NCBI GenBank assembly: GCA_949299535.1
Contig: CASGAQ010000005.1
Location: 20,424 to 84,423 of the forward strand
From: an uncultured Eubacteriales bacterium
GTDB taxonomy: Bacteria > Bacillota > Clostridia > Oscillospirales > CAG-272
Length of the DNA: 64,000 nt
Reading direction: 5' to 3'
The notes beneath the pieces are model-generated. The model was not told the origin of the DNA and made no database searches. It saw nothing but the letters and a program-made list of their open reading frames with translations. The position numbers and the translations under genes are program-made. How positions within the stretch are numbered: the first letter of the stretch is position 1; every line of letters starts with the position of its first letter. Below, piece by piece: positions 12,701 to 20,201 of the stretch.

Positions 12701-13690
12701 TTCGACAGCAAAAGCTTCATCTACCGTAAGTTCCTTGCCCGCGTCAAAGAGTATCTCGCCCGTGATGGGGTTGATAACCGGGCGCGTGAGTTTTCTTCCG
12801 GCAAGACGTTTGCCGAGGGCAACCTTCTTGTCGAATTTATATCTTCCGACGCTGCCGAGGTCGTATCTCTTGGGATCGAAAAAGAGATTATTGAGAAGCA
12901 GCTGAGCGCTTTCCACAAGAGGAGGTTCTCCGGGACGCATTTTCTTGTATATCTCTTTGAGAGCTTCTTCGTAAGGCGTAGTACCGTTCTTTTCGGCTTC
13001 AGCCTGCATACCGTCCTTTTCAAGAGTGGCAAGAATCTTTTTATCTTCTCCGAAATATGTTTTGATATCCGTAGACGTCGAAACACTCTCGTCAAGAGCG
13101 CGGATGAGCGTCGTAACCGGCATTTTGCGGTTCTTGTCTATCTTGACATAGAAAACGTCGTTCATGTCCGTTTCATATTCAAGCCAAGCGCCGCGGTAAG
13201 GAATAACCGTGCCGGCATAATTGTTTTTACCCAGTTTATCTGTCTGTATTTCATAGTACATACCGGGGGAACGAACAAGCTGCGAAACAACTACGCGTTC
13301 CGCGCCATTGATAACGAACGTACCCGTTTCCGTCATGAGCGGGAAATCGCCCATGAAGATATCCTGCTGTTTAACTTCGCCCGTAGATTTGTTCGTAAGT
13401 CTTACGGTAACACGAAGAGGAGCCGCATAGTTTACGTCACGCTCCTTGCTCTCTTCAACGGAACATTTGGGCGTTTCGCTGAGGTTGTAGTCTACAAATT
13501 CGATAACAAGATTACCGGCATAATCGACGATAGGGGAAACTTCTTCAAGAACTTCCGCAATACCCTTTTCCAAAAGCCATGTATATGACTTTTTCTGGAT
13601 ATCGAGGAAATCGGGCATTTCCAGGATCTCGTCTACCTTGGCAAAAGACATTCTCGTTACTTTACCAAGTTTTCTCGGTTTTGTTCTCAA
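9752..13690 (-). CDS. rpoB: RNA polymerase beta subunit
   Basis: [31 protein letters not shown]; probable TTG start at 13690 after GGAG. Confidence 0.99.
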   Translation of the reverse strand: MRTKPRKLGKVTRMSFAKVDEILEMPDFLDIQKKSYTWLLEKGIAEVLEEVSPIVDYAGNLVIEFVDYNLSETPKCSVEESKERDVNYAAPLRVTVRLTNKSTGEVKQQDIFMGDFPLMTETGTFVINGAERVVVSQLVRSPGMYYEIQTDKLGKNNYAGTVIPYRGAWLEYETDMNDVFYVKIDKNRKMPVTTLIRALDESVSTSTDIKTYFGEDKKILATLEKDGMQAEAEKNGTTPYEEALKEIYKKMRPGEPPLVESAQLLLNNLFFDPKRYDLGSVGRYKFDKKVALGKRLAGRKLTRPVINPITGEILFDAGKELTVDEAFAVENAGVNEAYVEIEDGREIKVFGNGMVDPAKVVGCDLREVGINEKVKLSLLLQMLEEVGGDFDELKKQARDRAAELSPKHITKDDIFASINYLICLSHGIGTPDDIDHLGNRRIRAVGELIQNQLRIGFSRMDKIIKERMTTQDAESLTPQALINIRPVVAAIREFFGSSPLSQFMDQNNPLAELTHKRRLSALGPGGLSRDRASFDVRDVHYTHFGRICPIETPEGPNIGLISYLATYAKINDYGFIEAPYRKIDKATGKITDIVEYMTADVEDNYIIAQANEPLDEEGRFINKRVTVRDRAEIIEVDSSVPDYIDVSPRMAISVATSHIPFLENDDNARALMGSNMQKQAVPLLTTDSPIVGTGMEYKAGIDSGVCIIARNDGVVEYVSSDKIVVARPNGAKDNYTLLKFKRSNQGNCVNQRPIVNVGDVVNAGDVLADGPATDKGEIALGKNALIGFMTWEGYNYEDAVLLNERLVRDDVYTSIHIEEYLMESRDTKLGPEEITREIPNCGDEALKDLDPDGIVRIGTEVHAGDILVGKVTPKGETELTAEERLLRAIFGEKAREVRDTSLKLPHGTSGVVSDIRVFSRENGDDLAPGVNKAVKVYIAQKRKISVGDKMAGRHGNKGVVSRILPPEDMPYLADGTPLDIVLNPLGVPSRMNIGQVLEVHLGIAARELGVKVMTPAFDGAKEKDITEALTEAGLYREILPGENFFGKSVYEETIDEEGNKVYNTVPADLLADKEWVREKIAEKKLKTVDGKRILYDGRTGEPFDNPVTVGIMYYLKLHHLVDDKIHARSTGPYSLVTQQPLGGKAQFGGQRFGEMEVWALEAYGAAYTLQEILTVKSDDVTGRVKAYEAIVKGKNIPTPGVPEAFRVLVKELQSLALDVRVLDEDGNEIEISQLCEEDDEMNGDSKITADDVGRTVETDSDADDITIVDDLSEQASLDDEENVPDENDGEYYDEFDEDGQYEEYGDTENYDE

Positions 13691-13846
13691 TACAATCACT
13701 CCATTCAAAAATTTATGTGAGTTGCGCCGTCCGCCGCGCCGCCGGCGGAATAAATTGTATTAAAAGCCTGAAATGCGCTTCTTTTCATGTATTTTCGATA
13801 AGCTGAAAAAAGGCCGACATTACAAGCAATTATAATGCAGTATGAA

Positions 13847-13875
13847 ATTATATCACAAGTTTTTATATATGTCAA
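13847..13875 (-). promoter_or_regulatory. SigA promoter of rpoBC
   Basis: TTGACA-17-TATAAT perfect consensus with TG. Confidence 0.85.
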
Positions 13876-13905
13876 GTATAATATTTAACTTTTATTCAAA
13901 TAATA

Positions 13906-13934
13906 TTGACATTTTATTTGTATAACAATATAAT
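13906..13934 (+). promoter_or_regulatory. SigA promoter of alaS (divergent from rpoB)
   Basis: TTGACA-17-TATAAT perfect consensus. Confidence 0.85.
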
Positions 13935-14027
13935 AAATAATTATAACAAGAAAAACAGACAGCCGTATCCTACGCGGTTCGGCAAAAGACAAAACAAAAA
14001 AAATTAAAAGATCAAGAGGACACTCAC

Positions 14028-16661
14028 ATGAAATGGACATCTCTTAACGACCTGCGCGAAAAATACCTTTCATTTTTCGAATCAAAAGGTCATTTGAGCC
14101 GCGGCAGTTATTCTCTCGTTCCCGAAAACGACAAATCCCTGCTGTTGATAGTCGCAGGCATGGCTCCGCTCAAAAAATATTTCACGGGCGAAGCAGAACC
14201 GCCCCGCCGCCGCATGGCCACCTGCCAGAAGTGCATACGCACAAACGATATAGAACACGTCGGATACACAGCCCGTCACGGTACATTCTTCGAAATGCTC
14301 GGAAACTTCTCTTTCGGAGATTATTTCAAAGAAGAAGCGCTCACATGGGCATGGGAATTTCTTACGAAAGTGCTTGAAATACCCGAAGACCTTCTCTGGC
14401 CCTCCGTATATGAAAAGGACGAAGAAGCGTATTCCATCTGGAAAGACAAGATAGGCGTTCGTGAAGACCATATCGTTCGTCTGGGCAAAGAGGACAACTT
14501 CTGGGAACACGGCTCCGGTCCCTGCGGTCCCTGCTCCGAGATATATTTCGACCGCGGCGAAAAATACGGCTGCGACAGACCCGATTGCCGTCCGGGCTGC
14601 AACTGCGACAGATACATGGAGATATGGAACAACGTATTCTCTCAGTTCAATAACGACGGCAACGGAAATTATACGGAACTCGCTCATAAAAACATCGACA
14701 CAGGTATGGGACTTGAACGCTTGGCGTGCGTAATGCAGGGCGTAGACAACATGTTCGAAGTCGATACGATACAGAACATAATCTCTGCGGCAAGCCAAAA
14801 GGCAGGCGTTCGCTATAAAGAAGACGAAAAAGCCGACGTTTCCCTGCGTATAATAGCAGACCATTCCAGAGCCTCCGCATTTCTTATCGCAGACGGCGTA
14901 ATGCCCTCCAACGAAGGACGAGGATATGTTCTCCGCAGACTTCTCAGACGCGCCTGCCGTCACGGCAGAATACTCGGCATCAAGGGAGCATTCCTCTGCG
15001 ATGTTATGGCAGTCGTTGCGCGCGAGAACAGGACTGCATATCCCGAACTCACCGAAAAGCTTGATTATATAAGCAAGATAGTACGCATGGAGGAAGACCG
15101 CTTCAATGCGACGGTCGAATCCGGTATGAATCTTCTCGACAGACTCATTTCCGAGGCAAAAGCCACAGGAAACTCTGCACTTGACGGCGCCGACGTATTC
15201 AAACTATCCGACACATACGGCTTCCCTCTCGACCTCACACGCGAAATAGCCGCAGAACAAGGTATCAGCATCGACGAAAAAGGATTTGAGGAGAACCTCG
15301 CCGCGCAGAAGCAACGCGCACGTGCCGCACGCGGAAATATCAGCGGTTGGGACGACAACATGAAGTCGCTCATCGACACTTCCGTAAAGACGGAATTTCT
15401 CGGATATGAAAAAGATGAAACAGAGGGTAAGATAATCTCAATCATCGACGGCGAAACGGATGAGCTTTGCGACATCGCAAGCGATTCCGCCGTGATCATC
15501 ACGGACAAAACCGTATTCTACGGCGAAGGCGGCGGTCAGATAGGCGACACCGGCGTCATTATTGGTGCAAACGGCAAGGCAGTCGTTACGGATACAAAGA
15601 AGAACGACGGCGTCTATATGCACATCTGCAAAATAGAAACAGGTTCACTTTCCGTCGGAGATACAGTTACGCTTCGCGTAGACTCCGAAAGACGCGCTGC
15701 AATATCCCGCAACCATTCCGCAGTACATCTTCTCGACGCGGCTCTTCGCAGCGTGCTCGGAACACACATCCAACAGGCAGGTTCTTATGTAAGCGACAAG
15801 CTCGCGCGTTTTGACTTTACTCATTTTGCCGCAGTAAGCGCAGATGAACTCAAGAAAGTAGAAAAACTCGTAAACGAAAAGATTCTTGAAGCACTCGAAG
15901 TTACAACCGAGGAAACGGATATAGAAAGCGCAAAGAAATCCGGTGCGATCGCTCTGTTCGGTGAAAAATACGGCTCCACTGTCCGCGTTGTACGCATAAG
16001 CGATTTCTCCGCAGAGCTTTGCGGCGGCGTACACGTTTCCAATACAGGCAAGATAGGACTCTTCAAGATACTTTCAGAAAGCTCCGTTGCCGCAGGTACA
16101 AGAAGAATAGAAGCCGTTACGGGACTTGAAGCATACGACTATGTAAACGGCAAAATAAGCACCGTATCGGAAGTAATGTCGGCTCTCAAAGTAAACGACG
16201 AAAAAGATATAACCGCAAAGATATCGGCTCTTGAGTCAAGCCTCAAGGACGCAAAACGCGCTCTTGAAGAAGAAAAGCTCAAATCCGCAAAGGCAAGCGC
16301 CTCCGAAACGCTTTCCGGCGCGACTGTTCTCTCCTCTGGTATAAAAGTTGCTTCCATGAAGACGGATATGCCTATAAACACAGTTCGTTCTCTCGGCGAC
16401 GATATCAAAGCAAGTGACGAAAACATTGTTGCAGTAATATCTTCGCTTGTCGACGGCAAGCTCACCATATCCTGCGTATGCGGTAAAAATGCCGTCAAAG
16501 CAGGAATTACGGCTCCCGCGGTACTCATAGGAGTATCGGCGTATGTCGGCGGCGGCGGCGGCGGAAGACCTGACAGCGCAACAGCGGGTGTAAAAGACCC
16601 TTCCCGACTCGACGAAGCAATGTCCGCTCTTCCCGAAATAGTAAACGCTCTTATAAAATAA
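14028..16661 (+). CDS. alaS: Alanyl-tRNA synthetase
   Basis: RHGTFFEMLGNFSFGDYFK, IDTGMGLER, HSAVH/ELCGGVH editing motifs, GGGGGRP. Confidence 0.99.
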   Translation: MKWTSLNDLREKYLSFFESKGHLSRGSYSLVPENDKSLLLIVAGMAPLKKYFTGEAEPPRRRMATCQKCIRTNDIEHVGYTARHGTFFEMLGNFSFGDYFKEEALTWAWEFLTKVLEIPEDLLWPSVYEKDEEAYSIWKDKIGVREDHIVRLGKEDNFWEHGSGPCGPCSEIYFDRGEKYGCDRPDCRPGCNCDRYMEIWNNVFSQFNNDGNGNYTELAHKNIDTGMGLERLACVMQGVDNMFEVDTIQNIISAASQKAGVRYKEDEKADVSLRIIADHSRASAFLIADGVMPSNEGRGYVLRRLLRRACRHGRILGIKGAFLCDVMAVVARENRTAYPELTEKLDYISKIVRMEEDRFNATVESGMNLLDRLISEAKATGNSALDGADVFKLSDTYGFPLDLTREIAAEQGISIDEKGFEENLAAQKQRARAARGNISGWDDNMKSLIDTSVKTEFLGYEKDETEGKIISIIDGETDELCDIASDSAVIITDKTVFYGEGGGQIGDTGVIIGANGKAVVTDTKKNDGVYMHICKIETGSLSVGDTVTLRVDSERRAAISRNHSAVHLLDAALRSVLGTHIQQAGSYVSDKLARFDFTHFAAVSADELKKVEKLVNEKILEALEVTTEETDIESAKKSGAIALFGEKYGSTVRVVRISDFSAELCGGVHVSNTGKIGLFKILSESSVAAGTRRIEAVTGLEAYDYVNGKISTVSEVMSALKVNDEKDITAKISALESSLKDAKRALEEEKLKSAKASASETLSGATVLSSGIKVASMKTDMPINTVRSLGDDIKASDENIVAVISSLVDGKLTISCVCGKNAVKAGITAPAVLIGVSAYVGGGGGGRPDSATAGVKDPSRLDEAMSALPEIVNALIK

Positions 16662-16700
16662 ATCAGGAAATAAATCAAGAAAAGGAGTATATATAATATT

Positions 16701-17045
16701 ATGGTAGAAAATTGTCTTTTCTGCAAAATAATAAACGGAGATATCCCCTCAAAAAAAGCGTACGAAGACGATAAGATACTCGCATTCTATGATATAGCGC
16801 CTCAGGCTCCCGTACACATTCTCGTCATTCCGAAAACGCACATCTCATGTGCAGACGAGATAAACAGCAGCAATTCCTCCATTGTAGCTTATATATTTGA
16901 AAAGATCCCCTTTATCGCCAAAGAAGCGGGTATCGAAAACGGATACCGCATAATATCAAACTGCGGCCCCGACGCCTGCCAATCCGTACACCATATCCAC
17001 TTCCATATTCTCGGCGGCGCACAGCTTTCCGAAAAAATGGCGTGA
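16701..17045 (+). CDS. HIT family (histidine triad) nucleotide-binding protein
   Basis: CLFCKI, DIAPQAPVHILVIPK, HIHFHILGG. Confidence 0.95.
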   Translation: MVENCLFCKIINGDIPSKKAYEDDKILAFYDIAPQAPVHILVIPKTHISCADEINSSNSSIVAYIFEKIPFIAKEAGIENGYRIISNCGPDACQSVHHIHFHILGGAQLSEKMA

Positions 17046-17190
17046 CATCTGTTTGACATAAAATCATAAACATAAAATATAATAAAAGGCTCAAAAACGT
17101 TCCCCCGCTCCCGTTCTCAAAAAACGGAATCGGGGGAGCATGAGCCGTATATGTGATGAAAAAATATTTTCAGGAAAATTCGCAAAACTA

Positions 17191-17220
17191 TTGACAAATC
17201 ATATAAAAGTATGATAAAAT
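17191..17220 (+). promoter_or_regulatory. Promoter of tRNA-Ser(GCT)
   Basis: TTGACA-18-TAAAAT with TG. Confidence 0.6.
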
Positions 17221-17264
17221 AATCAAGTCTTGTGAATGAGGTCTTATTTAATATATTTTTATTC

Positions 17265-17359
17265 GGAGAAGTACTCAAGTTGGCCGAAGAGGCGCCCCTG
17301 CTAAGGGTGTAGGTCGGGCTATTTCCGGCGCGAGAGTTCAAATCTCTCCTTCTCCGCCA
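17265..17359 (+). tRNA. tRNA-Ser(GCT)
   Basis: GGAGAAG/CTTCTCC acceptor stem, CT-GCT-AA loop, long variable arm, GTTCAAAT, G-CCA end. Confidence 0.96.
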
Positions 17360-17430
17360 AAATTGAATAATCCGAACACCATAGTTTTCGTGAAAGCGGA
17401 ATACTGGGGAGTTTGGGTTACCAACAGAAT

Positions 17431-17467
17431 AAGGTAGGAACAAAGCGTTCCTACCTTTTCTTTTTTT
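17431..17467 (+). terminator. Terminator after tRNA-Ser(GCT)
   Basis: AAGGTAGGAAC/GTTCCTACCTT plus T-run. Confidence 0.8.
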
Positions 17468-18266
17468 ATGTCGCCACCTTCTGTATAGGCACATATTCGG
17501 GGACGGGGTCTGCCGCCTGTTCAGGTGCTTCCTCTTCCTCGTCTTCCTCCTCTTCAGGTTCAGGATGCGCGTCGAAGTACTGCATCGCCTGATTCATGAG
17601 GTCGGTCTGGTCGTCCATATAGTTTACGGTGTCAAAGACGATATTCTCGTAGCCGAACTTGTAGCCCGTAAAGCCGTTCATTACAACGGCGAGGAGCTTG
17701 AGCATACAGGATGCAAAAATCACCCATGTAGGCTCTACGACCATGTCCAGAACGATAATACTCATGACGAGCGATATCAGGAAGGTCGAGACGAACTTCA
17801 CGCCAAAGTTAATGCTCTTTTTGGTCTCAGGCTTCGTTCCGAGCGGAGCGCGGCGGCTTGAGCCTCTGCCGCGCTTCATAATCATCTCAGGAGTGAGCTT
17901 TACGGGCTTTATGGCGTTTGCTTTTATGAGTGCCGCCTTCTGAACCTTGGAGAGCTTCGGGTCTTTCTCGATGGTCTCCTCATCCAGTCCGAGCCACTTT
18001 TTGCGATATTCCTTATATCCAAAGCCTACGACTGCCAGAACCGACATTCTTGCGTTCTTCAGCTCGTCGTCGATATAGTACCTGCAGAACTCGTGGAGTC
18101 TGGTCTGACGCTGAGCGTCGATGATATCTTTGTATGCAATGGTCGTTTCACCAGTTTGTATATTGAGAGCGTGCGACTTGAAGATCATGGCGTTTTCTTC
18201 AAAATGCAGACGCCCTCCTACGGCTTCACTTCCTCTGAACAAATTAGCGGCTATGATTTTTTTCAT
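17466..18266 (-). CDS. Probable chimeric hypothetical membrane protein (GRAM-like N-terminal fragment fused to a two-TM protein with acidic tail)
   Basis: ATG at 18266 after GGAAGG; first ~48 aa resemble bacterial GRAM-like domains; remainder has GC-richer codons, two hydrophobic segments, Glu-rich tail. Confidence 0.55.
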   Translation of the reverse strand: MKKIIAANLFRGSEAVGGRLHFEENAMIFKSHALNIQTGETTIAYKDIIDAQRQTRLHEFCRYYIDDELKNARMSVLAVVGFGYKEYRKKWLGLDEETIEKDPKLSKVQKAALIKANAIKPVKLTPEMIMKRGRGSSRRAPLGTKPETKKSINFGVKFVSTFLISLVMSIIVLDMVVEPTWVIFASCMLKLLAVVMNGFTGYKFGYENIVFDTVNYMDDQTDLMNQAMQYFDAHPEPEEEEDEEEEAPEQAADPVPEYVPIQKVAT

Positions 18267-18338
18267 ATGATCTTTCCTTCCAAAAAAAAATGAAGCCGCA
18301 AGGTTGCCTTGCGACATTTGCGGTTTCAGCCGCAACTT

Positions 18339-18391
18339 TGGCGGAGAGGAAGGGATTCGAACCCTTGTGGGGTTGCCCCCAAACGGTTTTC
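18339..18391 (-). pseudogene. Orphan 3' half of tRNA-Ser (att-site remnant)
   Basis: Minus strand GAAAACCGTTTGGGGGCAACCCCACAAGGGTTCGAATCCCTTCCTCTCCGCCA: anticodon 3' strand, variable arm, T arm, acceptor and CCA, no 5' half. Confidence 0.9.
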
Positions 18392-18610
18392 GAACGAAAC
18401 GGGCTGAAAAAGATCCGCTTCCACGATCTAAGGCACTCCTGCGCCTCGCTGATGCTGGCAAACGATATTTCCATGAAAGAGATTCAGGAATGGCTTGGCC
18501 ATAGCAATATCAGTACCACGGCAAATATTTATGCGCACGTGGACAGCGAAAGCAAGCGAGAGAGTGCCAAAATCATCGACAAGGTTCTGTCATCAGAAGA
18601 AGCCGTATAA
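18392..18610 (+). pseudogene. C-terminal remnant of tyrosine integrase
   Basis: IRFHDLRH, WLGHS, TTANIYAH catalytic boxes; N-terminal part missing, fused to tRNA fragment. Confidence 0.92.
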
Positions 18611-18612
18611 GC

Positions 18613-18645
18613 AAAAAATAGGGTCAGGACTGCCATCCTGACCCC
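18613..18645 (-). terminator. Terminator after tRNA-Ser(TGA)
   Basis: GGGTCAGGA/TCCTGACCC followed by TATTTTTT on minus strand. Confidence 0.8.
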
Positions 18646-18649
18646 AAAG

Positions 18650-18738
18650 TGGCGGAGAGTGTGAGATTCGAACTCACGCGCCGTTGCCGGCAAACGGTTT
18701 TCAAGACCGCCTCGTTATGACCGCTTCGATAACTCTCC
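18650..18738 (-). tRNA. tRNA-Ser(TGA), intact copy
   Basis: GGAGAGT/ACTCTCC acceptor, CT-TGA-AA loop, variable arm, GTTCGAAT, G-CCA. Confidence 0.96.
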
Positions 18739-18898
18739 GTGTATCAAACTGACCGTAAGGTCAGCAAATACCAAAGTATGAAATTGAGAAAATTGCGAGA
18801 AAACTGCGAGATGCCCATCTCGCAAAGTGCAAGAAAAAGTGCGAAAAGCCCAATAAAATCAAGGGTTTTGGGGAGTTTGCTGTGATCAGAACGATAGT

Positions 18899-18939
18899 TT
18901 TTCAAGACCGCCTCGTTATGACCGCTTCGATACCTCTCC
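18899..18939 (-). repeat. tRNA-Ser(TGA) 5'-half copy (G7 variant)
   Basis: GGAGAGGTATCGAAGCGGTCATAACGAGGCGGTCTTGAAAA then unrelated sequence. Confidence 0.95.
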
Positions 18940-19090
18940 ATTTATGAAACTGTCTTTTGACAGAAATCATCTGATATTCAATTGTTTTAGAAATTCTTTT
19001 AGAAATGCGCTTTTATGCTGCTTTCGGAGTACCGAAAAAGTCAGGTGTTGCAAGGCTTTTCCCGATTTTTGCGTCTGCATCGCTCGCAAA

Positions 19091-19131
19091 TTTTCAAGAC
19101 CGCCTCGTTATGACCGCTTCGATAACTCTCC
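19091..19131 (-). repeat. tRNA-Ser(TGA) 5'-half copy (T7 variant)
   Basis: GGAGAGTTATCGAAGCGGTCATAACGAGGCGGTCTTGAAAA, identical to 5' half of intact tRNA. Confidence 0.95.
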
Positions 19132-19280
19132 GTGTATCAAACTGACCGCAAGGTCAGCAAATACCAAAGTATGAAATTTAGAAAACTGCGAGATGCCCAT
19201 CTCGCAAAGTACAAGAAAAAGTGCGAAAAAACCAATAAAATCAAGGGTTTTGGGGAGTTTGCTGTGATCAGAACGATAGT

Positions 19281-19321
19281 TTTTCAAGACCGCCTCGTTA
19301 TGACCGCTTCGATACCTCTCC
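19281..19321 (-). repeat. tRNA-Ser(TGA) 5'-half copy (G7 variant), promoter-proximal
   Basis: Same 41-mer directly downstream of the promoter. Confidence 0.95.
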
Positions 19322-19341
19322 GTATTTAACATAGCTTTGAT

Positions 19342-19370
19342 ATTATACCACGCAAACTCACTTTTGTCAA
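19342..19370 (-). promoter_or_regulatory. SigA promoter of tRNA-Ser(TGA) array
   Basis: TTGACA-17-TATAAT with TG extension. Confidence 0.88.
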
Positions 19371-19456
19371 TAATTTATACAAAAATAATTTTCGCCGCAC
19401 AGAATGTTCAAAAGCGGCTTGCTTTCGAAATCAAAATGTTCCATGCGGCAAAGATA

Positions 19457-20194
19457 TCAGATAACAAATCCTCCGTTCACCGAAACAACCTCGCCCGTGA
19501 TAAAATCGGCAGCGTTCGAAGCCAAGAAATAAACGGCACCCGCCACATCTGACGGAGAACCTATGCGTTCAAGAGGTGTGCGTACGCGAAGCTCCTCCAT
19601 CGTGTCCTTATCATAGCAAGTGTTCATCTCCGTATCTATAACGCCCGGAGCCACGCAATTTACAGTTATATTGGAAGGCGCCAATTCTTTCGACATAGCT
19701 TTTGTAAGTCCGATAACGGCGGCTTTTGTCGCAGAATACAGCGTCTCACAGGAAGCGCCGACTTGTCCCCACATAGAGGAAATATTTATTATCTTCCCTC
19801 CACCGGCGCCTATCATCTCCGGAATAACTGCCTGAGAAGTGAAAAAAACGCCGCCGACATTTGTAAAGAACATATCGGAAAAATCTTGTTCCGTAACGTC
19901 GGTCATCAGCGCAGCGCGGGCAATTCCGGCATTATTGACAAGCACATCTACTTTTCCGAATTCATATAAAGCCTTGGAAATCAAACGGCGCGCTTCATCT
20001 TTTTTTGAAATATCCGCGCAGAAAGCAGCGCACTTTACCCCGTATCCTGAAGCAGCGGCAAGAGTTTCCTCTGCCGCCGTTTTGTTACGATTGTATCCCA
20101 CAAGCACGTCATATCCATGCTGTGCGAAAATCAGCGCGCACGCGCGACCTATACCGCGCGAACCGCCGGTTATTACAACGCTTTTATTCGCCAT
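19457..20194 (-). CDS. SDR oxidoreductase, FabG/YmfI-like
   Basis: TGGSRGIG, NNAG, YSATK; SSMWGQVGASCE resembles YmfI subfamily. Confidence 0.9.
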   Translation of the reverse strand: MANKSVVITGGSRGIGRACALIFAQHGYDVLVGYNRNKTAAEETLAAASGYGVKCAAFCADISKKDEARRLISKALYEFGKVDVLVNNAGIARAALMTDVTEQDFSDMFFTNVGGVFFTSQAVIPEMIGAGGGKIINISSMWGQVGASCETLYSATKAAVIGLTKAMSKELAPSNITVNCVAPGVIDTEMNTCYDKDTMEELRVRTPLERIGSPSDVAGAVYFLASNAADFITGEVVSVNGGFVI

Positions 20195-20201
20195 TGTAAT
20201 A

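Noticed and set aside
1241-13588. Long antisense ORFs opposite tuf, fusA, rpoC, rpoB (up to 662 aa)
   Set aside because: Shadow ORFs from biased codon usage in highly expressed genes; no recognisable motifs.
18339-18394. tRNA-Ser(CGA) gene
   Set aside because: No 5' half; the apparent CGA anticodon arises at the junction with integrase codons.
18267-18461. N-terminal extension of ORF 17466-18461
   Set aside because: Reads through tRNA fragment, terminator hairpins and antisense integrase; the real start is more likely 18266.
18698-19321. CRISPR array interpretation of the four 41-nt repeats
   Set aside because: Repeats are tRNA 5' halves, spacers are 149-160 bp, two spacers are near-duplicates, and there are no cas genes.
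18339-19321. Split or intron-containing tRNA assembled from G7 5' halves and the orphan 3' half
   Set aside because: A clear terminator at 18613-18645 separates them, no group I intron core is visible in the modules, and integration scars explain the pattern more simply.
18744-19332. Short ORFs 18744-18941, 18944-19174, 19108-19332, 19132-19329
   Set aside because: Translations of tRNA halves and att-like modules, with no convincing RBS; the X and X' frames diverge through an 11-bp indel.
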